The notes under the pieces: model-generated
Told to the model about the DNA's origin: nothing
The model's database searches: none
What the model saw: the letters and a program-made list of their open reading frames with translations, nothing else
Translations under genes and position numbers: made by a program
Shown here: positions 18,808-24,155 of the stretch, piece after piece
Layout of the letters: each line of letters opens with the position of its first letter
How positions within the stretch are numbered: position 1 is the first letter of the stretch
Assembly: GCA_050486505.1 (NCBI GenBank)
Contig: JBJHDK010000013.1
Location: 1-24,155, forward strand
Reading direction: 5' to 3'
DNA from: Fibrobacteria bacterium
GTDB taxonomy: Bacteria; Fibrobacterota; Fibrobacteria; UBA11236
Length of the DNA: 24,155 bases

Positions 18808-18823
18808 GGTGACATGGGTCACT
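18808..18823 (+). promoter_or_regulatory. CRP/FNR-type operator 2 (GGTGA-N6-TCACT)
   Basis: GGTGACATGGGTCACT, again 21 nt before a -10 box (TACTTT, 18845-18850). Confidence 0.75.
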
Positions 18824-18884
18824 GAAGCGCTTCCCGGTTCCGGATACTTTGTCCAGAACGGTTTTTTCAAACGAGGAACACACC

Positions 18885-20309
18885 ATGGAACAGTACAAGG
18901 GCGCAGTCGTCGAACAGATCTACACCGGATGCCTCTCGCAGGCCGCCTACTACATCGAAAGCGACGGTGTCGCGGCGGTGATCGACCCCATGCGCGAAAC
19001 CGCGCCCTACCTGGAGCGGGCGCGCAAGTCGGGCGCACGCATCCGGTACATCTTCGAGACGCATTTCCATGCCGATTTCGTGTCGGGTCACGTCGATCTC
19101 GCGCGCGAAACCGGGGCTGAAATCGTGTACGGTCCGGGCGCGCAGCCGCTCTTCCCCGCCCGCATCGGCAAGGACGAAGAAGAATTCGGGATCGGATCAG
19201 TGAAGTTGCGCCTGCTGCACACGCCGGGGCACACCCTGGAAAGCTCATGCTACCTGCTTGTCGACGCGGAGGGCACTGAAGTCGCGCTCTTCACCGGTGA
19301 CACCCTCTTTCTCGGCGATGTCGGCCGCCCCGACCTCGCGGTGAAATCGGATCTCACCAAGGAAGAATTGGCCGGCATGCTGTTTAACAGCCTGCAGACG
19401 AAAATCCTGCCGCTGCCGGATTCCCTGACAGTGTACCCCGGCCATGGCGCGGGATCGGCCTGCGGCAAGCACCTCGCGCGCGAAACCGTGGATAACCTCG
19501 GCCATCAGAAGCAGGTGAACGAAGCCCTACGCAAAACCACCGTGGAAGAATTCCGCGAGGAAGTGCTGACCGGCATCCAGCCCCCTCCCGCGTATTTCCC
19601 CGAGAACGCGCGCCTCAACCGCGAGGGATACACGGCCATCGACCGGGTGATGGGACGCGGAGAAACCCCCCTCACTCCCGAGCAATTCGAGCTGCTCGCC
19701 AATCAAACCGGCGCCGTCGTGGTCGACACCCGCTCCCCCGCGGACTTTCACCGCGGCTTCATCCCCAATGCCGTGAGCATCGGCATCGACGGTTCCTTCG
19801 CGAACTGGGCCGGATCGCTGCTGGGCGCTCCCTCGCAGCCGATTCTGCTGGTCTGCGATGCCGGCCGTGAAAACGAAGCCGTGTCCCGCCTCGCGCGCGT
19901 GGGCTACCAGGCCGTGCTCGGGTACCTGAAGGGCGGGATCGCCGCGTGGGAAGAATCGGGCCGGGAACTGGACAGGCTCGAATCCATCCCTCCGGAGGAG
20001 TTCTTGTCGCGACGCGAGCAAGCCGATGCGACGGGAAATCCGGTCCTCGTCCTCGACGTGCGAAAACCGTCAGAAAACGCGGCCGGACGTTTGCCCGAGG
20101 CGGAGAATCTGCCCCTCGACGGGCTGAACGCGGGCATGGGGCGCCTCGCGCGCGACAACACGTATTATTTGCATTGCGCAAGCGGCTACCGGTCGATGAT
20201 CGCCGCGTCCATCCTCAAGGCACGGGGATTCGACAACGTGATCAACGTGGAGGGAGGCTTCAACGCCCTCTCGCGTCTGGCCCCCGCCGCCGTCGCAGGA
20301 GGCAAGTGA
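18885..20309 (+). CDS. MBL-fold persulfide dioxygenase-rhodanese fusion (CstB-like)
   Basis: GAGGA RBS before ATG 18885. ETHFHADFVSGH, HTPGHT, FTGDTLFLGDVGRPDL, PGHGAGSACGK; two rhodanese folds, the last with HCASGYRS. Confidence 0.9.
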   Translation: MEQYKGAVVEQIYTGCLSQAAYYIESDGVAAVIDPMRETAPYLERARKSGARIRYIFETHFHADFVSGHVDLARETGAEIVYGPGAQPLFPARIGKDEEEFGIGSVKLRLLHTPGHTLESSCYLLVDAEGTEVALFTGDTLFLGDVGRPDLAVKSDLTKEELAGMLFNSLQTKILPLPDSLTVYPGHGAGSACGKHLARETVDNLGHQKQVNEALRKTTVEEFREEVLTGIQPPPAYFPENARLNREGYTAIDRVMGRGETPLTPEQFELLANQTGAVVVDTRSPADFHRGFIPNAVSIGIDGSFANWAGSLLGAPSQPILLVCDAGRENEAVSRLARVGYQAVLGYLKGGIAAWEESGRELDRLESIPPEEFLSRREQADATGNPVLVLDVRKPSENAAGRLPEAENLPLDGLNAGMGRLARDNTYYLHCASGYRSMIAASILKARGFDNVINVEGGFNALSRLAPAAVAGGK

Positions 20310-20310
20310 C

Positions 20311-20868
20311 ATGACGATCTTCTCGCAAGGCTGGCCCTGGTACGTCTCGGGGCCTCTCATCGGGGCCACGATGCTGCTGCTGCTCTTCCTGGGCAAGCGC
20401 TTCGGGCTCTCCACCAACCTCAAGACCCTCTGCTCCGTCGGCGGCGCCGGAAAGCTCTCGGATTACTTCGCGGAAAACTGGCGCGGCCAGACGTGGAACC
20501 TCGTGTTCGCGCTGGGTGCCCTGCTCGGCGGCGCGCTCATGGTCCTCCTCGGCGCGAAGGACCGCTTCGTCGAGATCAGCGCAGGCACGATTGAAAACAT
20601 GGCCTCGCTGGGAGTCGCGCACACCCCCGGCCTGTTGCCCGACGCGCTGTTCGGAAACGCCGCACTGTCTTCGCCCGGCCTGTGGCTGTTCTGGATCGTC
20701 GGCGGCTTTCTCATCGGCTTCGGCGCCCGCTGGGCCAACGGCTGCACGTCGGGGCATGGCGTCAGCGGCCTCGCCGCGCTGCAACAGGGCTCCCTGCTCG
20801 CCGTCATCGGGTTCTTCATCGGCGGCCTCGCCACCACCTACCTCATTCTGCCGTGGATCTTCTCATGA
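20311..20868 (+). CDS. YeeE/YedE family sulfur-compound transporter subunit
   Basis: WPWYVSGPLIG and GGFLIGFGARWANGCTSGHG motifs. Confidence 0.9.
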   Translation: MTIFSQGWPWYVSGPLIGATMLLLLFLGKRFGLSTNLKTLCSVGGAGKLSDYFAENWRGQTWNLVFALGALLGGALMVLLGAKDRFVEISAGTIENMASLGVAHTPGLLPDALFGNAALSSPGLWLFWIVGGFLIGFGARWANGCTSGHGVSGLAALQQGSLLAVIGFFIGGLATTYLILPWIFS

Positions 20869-21278
20869 AGCTGCTCAAATTCCTCATCGCAGGCGTCGCC
20901 TTCGGCGTCATCATGGTTCAGAGCGAAGCCGCCTCGTGGTACCGCATCCATGAAATGTTCCTCTTCCAGTCCTTCCACATGTACGGCATCCTCGGTTCCG
21001 CCGTCGTCCTCGGCGGCATCGGCGTCTGGCTGATCCGCCGCCACAAGCTGCGCAGTCTGTCGGGAGAGCCGATCGTCATCGAGGGCAAGGATCCTTCGTG
21101 GAAGCGCAACGTGCTGGGTGGCACGGTCTTCGGCCTCGGCTGGGGACTCGTCGGAGCCTGCCCCGGGCCGCTGTTCGTGCTCACCGGTATGGGCTACGCC
21201 AGCGCGCTGGTCATGCTCGCCTCAGCAGTGCTGGGGGCATTCGCCTACGGACTGGTGTACAGGAAGCTGCCGCATTAG
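20865..21278 (+). CDS. Second YeeE/YedE-type transporter subunit
   Basis: ATGA overlap with the previous gene; SWYRIHEMFLFQSFHMYG and GGTVFGLGWGLVGACPGP. Confidence 0.88.
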   Translation: MKLLKFLIAGVAFGVIMVQSEAASWYRIHEMFLFQSFHMYGILGSAVVLGGIGVWLIRRHKLRSLSGEPIVIEGKDPSWKRNVLGGTVFGLGWGLVGACPGPLFVLTGMGYASALVMLASAVLGAFAYGLVYRKLPH

Positions 21279-21280
21279 GG

Positions 21281-21371
21281 AGTTATGAGTTATGAGTTAT
21301 GAGTTGTGAGTTATGAGTTGTGAGTGCATTCTTGTGTTTAACTCACGACTCATGACTTGTAACTCATAACT
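21281..21371. repeat. AGTTRTG heptamer array plus inverted array forming a 33-bp stem between convergent genes
   Basis: Six units at 21281-21322; right arm 21339-21371 TAACTCACGACTCATGACTTGTAACTCATAACT matches 21281-21313 at 29/33. Confidence 0.93.
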
Positions 21372-21373
21372 GA

Positions 21374-21754
21374 TCAATGCGGTGTCTTGGGTGCGATGGG
21401 GGTCCCCTGCGCCATCCACTCCCCGCCTTGGTACTCTCTGAAGAAACAGCTGCGGTAGCCCTCGTGGCAAGCCGCACCGTGCCCCTCCGGGATCACCCGG
21501 AACACCAGCGCGTCCCCGTCGCAGTCGAGATGCGCGGAGACGAGCTTTTGCGTGTTCCCGGAGGTTTCCCCCTTCACCCATAACGACTTCCGCGAGCGCG
21601 ACCAGTAGGTCATCCGCCCGGTCTCCAGCGTCAAACGAAGCGCCTCCGCGTTCATGTGCGCAAGCATGAGCACGTCGCCCTTCTCGCTGTCGATCGCGAC
21701 GGCGGTGACGAGGCCTTTGTCGTCGAACTTGACTTGTTCCATCCAGGGTTTCAT
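21374..21754 (-). CDS. hisI: Phosphoribosyl-AMP cyclohydrolase (monofunctional)
   Basis: YWSRSRKSLWVKGETSGNTQ, DCDGDAL, ACHEGYRSCF; GAGG RBS. Confidence 0.97.
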   Translation of the reverse strand: MKPWMEQVKFDDKGLVTAVAIDSEKGDVLMLAHMNAEALRLTLETGRMTYWSRSRKSLWVKGETSGNTQKLVSAHLDCDGDALVFRVIPEGHGAACHEGYRSCFFREYQGGEWMAQGTPIAPKTPH

Positions 21755-21870
21755 GTCTACCTCACTCTACCCTTCGGGGGCTTTCTGAAAACGTTATGCC
21801 GTCCGGATCCCTGAAACAGGGACTTGCACAAACGAGCGAACGAACCTTACCTGTTTAAGACCAGGAACAA

Positions 21871-21988
21871 CAGGGACGCCGGAGCGAGACCAAGCGCCAG
21901 CAGGCGTCCGAGGAAGCGAGGCTGGTTGCCTCGCGACGGAGGACAACGCACTGGCGCGAAGGTCGCAGCCCGGCGCAGCGGAGCCCTG
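21871..21988. other. Long nested imperfect palindrome (structured RNA or REP/MITE-like element) between proA and hisI
   Basis: Stacked stems CAGGG/CCCTG, CGCCGG/CCGGCG, GACC/GGTC, GCGCCAG/CTGGCGC, GTCC/GGAC and GCGAGGC/GCCTCGC around loop TGGTT. Confidence 0.65.
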
Positions 21989-22004
21989 CCCACTTCCCTA
22001 TCCC

Positions 22005-23261
22005 CTATTTCCGAACATGCCCGGTCCCCTCCACAATCCACTTGTACGTGGTTAGTGACTCGACTCCCATCGGCCCGCGCGCATGAATCCGGTCGGTGGA
22101 AATGCCGACCTCCGCGCCCAGCCCGTATTCGCCGCCGTCGGCAAAACGCGTCGAAGCATTCACCATCACCGATGAGCTGTCCACACCCGCGAGGAAGGCC
22201 TTTTGCGCGACGGGCGCCTTCGCCACGATGGCGTCGGTGTGGCCGCTGCCGTGCAGCGCGATGTGGTCGAGCGCGCCCTTGACCCCGTCGACGACCTTCA
22301 CCGAAGCCTTCAGCTCTAGGTACTCGGTGTCATAAACATCTTCCTTCGCAGGACGGACCGCAGGGAAGATCTTCTTCGCAGCGGAATCGCCGTTCAGCTC
22401 CACGCCGCGCGCACCCAGGGCCGCGAGCAGGGAGAACGCAGTCTCTTTCTTGAGACGCTTGTCGAGCAAAAGGGTCTCCATGGCATTGCACACGCCGGGA
22501 CGCTGTGTCTTGGCGTTGAGGACGATCTCCAGGGCCTTGCGCGGATCGGCGCTCTTGTCCACGTAGACATGGCACACGCCCTTGTAGTGTTTGATCACGG
22601 GCACGCGCGACTTTTCCGCCACGGCGCGGATGAGGTTCTCGCCGCCGCGGGGAATCACGAGGCTGAGGCGCGCATCGTCCTTGAGCAGCAGATCGAGCAG
22701 CGCGCGGTCGGGTGTTTCCACCACCTGCGCGCAGGTCTCGGGCAGCTTCGCGGCCTTCAGGGCCTTGCGGATGCAAGCGGCGAAGGCCGCGTTGGTGTGC
22801 GCGGACTCCTTGCCGCCGCGCAAGATCACGGCATTGCCGCTCTTGAGGCACAGCGCCGCGCCGTCGATGGTGACGTTGGGGCGCGACTCGTAGATAAACA
22901 GCACGGTGCCGATGGGAACCGACACGCGCGCGATCTTGAGGCCGTCCTTGCGGCGGCGCTTCTCGAGGACGCGGCCCATGGGATCGGGCAGCTTCGCGAT
23001 GTCCTTGACGGCGGCGGCCACGCCCGCGAGCCGCTTCGGGTCGAGCAGGAGGCGATCCACCATGGCGGAGGACAAGCCTGCCTTTTTCGCGGCGGCCACA
23101 TCCTTTGCATTGGCGGCGAGGATGGTTTTCTCCGCCGCGAGGATTTCCCGGGCGAGGTTGTTGAGGGCTTTGTTGCGGGTCGCGTTCGAGGACGTGCGCA
23201 GCGCACGCGCGCCCTCCACGGCGTTGCGGGCCAGCTGATCAGCGTATTTCGTGAGATTCAT
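22005..23261 (-). CDS. proA: Glutamate-5-semialdehyde dehydrogenase (gamma-glutamyl phosphate reductase)
   Basis: IYESRPNVT, KSGNAVILRGGKE, IPRGGENLI, CNAMETLL, NASTRFADGGEYGLGAEVGIST...HARGPMG. ATG 23261 preferred as start. Confidence 0.97.
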   Translation of the reverse strand: MNLTKYADQLARNAVEGARALRTSSNATRNKALNNLAREILAAEKTILAANAKDVAAAKKAGLSSAMVDRLLLDPKRLAGVAAAVKDIAKLPDPMGRVLEKRRRKDGLKIARVSVPIGTVLFIYESRPNVTIDGAALCLKSGNAVILRGGKESAHTNAAFAACIRKALKAAKLPETCAQVVETPDRALLDLLLKDDARLSLVIPRGGENLIRAVAEKSRVPVIKHYKGVCHVYVDKSADPRKALEIVLNAKTQRPGVCNAMETLLLDKRLKKETAFSLLAALGARGVELNGDSAAKKIFPAVRPAKEDVYDTEYLELKASVKVVDGVKGALDHIALHGSGHTDAIVAKAPVAQKAFLAGVDSSSVMVNASTRFADGGEYGLGAEVGISTDRIHARGPMGVESLTTYKWIVEGTGHVRK

Positions 23262-23427
23262 GGGAGGAAAAGTAACCCATCGGCACGCCATGAAAAGGCG
23301 AACCATTCCTCCCCGGGCAAAGCCCCGGCCCCTTTCGACCCCGCCTTTTTCTACCCATTGCTGCCGACACGCCTTCGCACGCCCGCGAAGGGTTCCCGAT
23401 CACCGGGCAGCCCACGAAGGAGCCCCC

Positions 23428-24155
23428 ATGCTCGACAACCTCGTCATCATCGCCTACCTCGCCATCGTTCTGTGGATCGGCTATGCCTCCCGCAAGCTGG
23501 GGGGATTCCGTGAGTTCGCCGTCTCCCACGGGCATTACGGCGCGCTGGTGGTGTTCTGCACGCTGTCCGCCTCGTTCATCGGCGGGGGATTCTCCACGGG
23601 CAACGCCGGCAAGGTGTTCGCGGAAGGATTGGCCTATCCCCTCGCCCTGTTCGGGTTCAGCCTGCAAATCATCCTCGTCGCGCTCTACATCGCACCGCGC
23701 ATCAAGGCCTTTCCCGGTGCGGTCTCGGTGGGCGACATCATGGAACCCGCCTACGGGCGGCGCGCCAGAATTCTCACCGGCATTTTCTCGGTGCTGATCT
23801 GCGCCGGCATCCTCGGCGCGCAGATCGGCGCGCTGGGCGCCATCTTCAACGTCTTCCTCGGGGTTCCGGTGCTGTGGGGCCTGCTGATCGGCTGCGGCAT
23901 CATCTTCACCTATTCGACCCTCGGCGGCATGACGGCTGTCGTACGAACGGACGTCATCCAGTTCTTCCTGCTTATCGTGGGCGTGCCGCTGGTGTTCTTC
24001 CTCGGCGTGCGCGAGGCCGGCGGCTGGGCCACCTTCGTCGCGGCCATCCCGGCGGACCACCTGCGCATCGTCAGCGACAATTTTCCGTTGACGGCCTTCA
24101 TCTCGCTCTTCCTCGTCTTCGTCTTCGGCGAGACCTTGGTTCCGCCCTACGTGCA
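23428..24155 (+). CDS. Sodium:solute symporter (SSS) family protein, N-terminal part, runs off the window and is absent from the ORF track
   Basis: AAGGAG RBS and ATG 23428; MLDNLVIIAYLAIVLWIGY...TLSASFIGGGFSTGNAG...YSTLGGMTAVVRTDVIQF. Confidence 0.9.
   Translation, partial: MLDNLVIIAYLAIVLWIGYASRKLGGFREFAVSHGHYGALVVFCTLSASFIGGGFSTGNAGKVFAEGLAYPLALFGFSLQIILVALYIAPRIKAFPGAVSVGDIMEPAYGRRARILTGIFSVLICAGILGAQIGALGAIFNVFLGVPVLWGLLIGCGIIFTYSTLGGMTAVVRTDVIQFFLLIVGVPLVFFLGVREAGGWATFVAAIPADHLRIVSDNFPLTAFISLFLVFVFGETLVPPYV

Noticed and set aside
21847..22041. 64-aa ORF or his leader peptide upstream of hisI
   Set aside because: No His codon run, it overlaps the proA end, and it coincides with the palindromic element that better explains the sequence.
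23297..23330. Resemblance to a c-di-GMP-I riboswitch (GGCGAACCATTC...GCAAAGCCCCGGCC)
   Set aside because: The GNRA-capped stem partner and the 3' closing strand are missing, so the aptamer cannot fold.

Overview
High-GC bacterial chromosomal window; the promoter style and gene set loosely suggest the FCB group, possibly Fibrobacterota, but this is inference only. From left to right it holds: the tail of a non-canonical Mrp-type antiporter operon (two MrpD-like genes around a small membrane protein), a lipoprotein, a carboxylesterase, DUF3467-thrH, purF, a truncated CDF-type cation transporter, a DASS/SLC13 transporter, tRNA-Val(CAC), a three-gene kinase/receiver module, tilS-ftsH-folP, a Crp/Fnr-TSUP-CstB-like-YeeE/YedE sulfur module, hisI, proA and the start of a sodium:solute symporter. 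No integrase, transposase or CRISPR array is visible. Three things stand out. (1) Intergenic elements built from 7-nt tandem repeats form long inverted repeats, with G-U-compatible variation; they abut stop codons or -10 boxes and mark the borders of the accessory modules. (2) A predicted sulfane-sulfur regulon appears to be driven by a Cys-containing CRP-family activator, with two operators at identical class II (-41.5) geometry. (3) A TAnnnT (mostly TAnnTT) -10 motif recurs 6-9 nt before start codons, implying frequent leaderless mRNAs.
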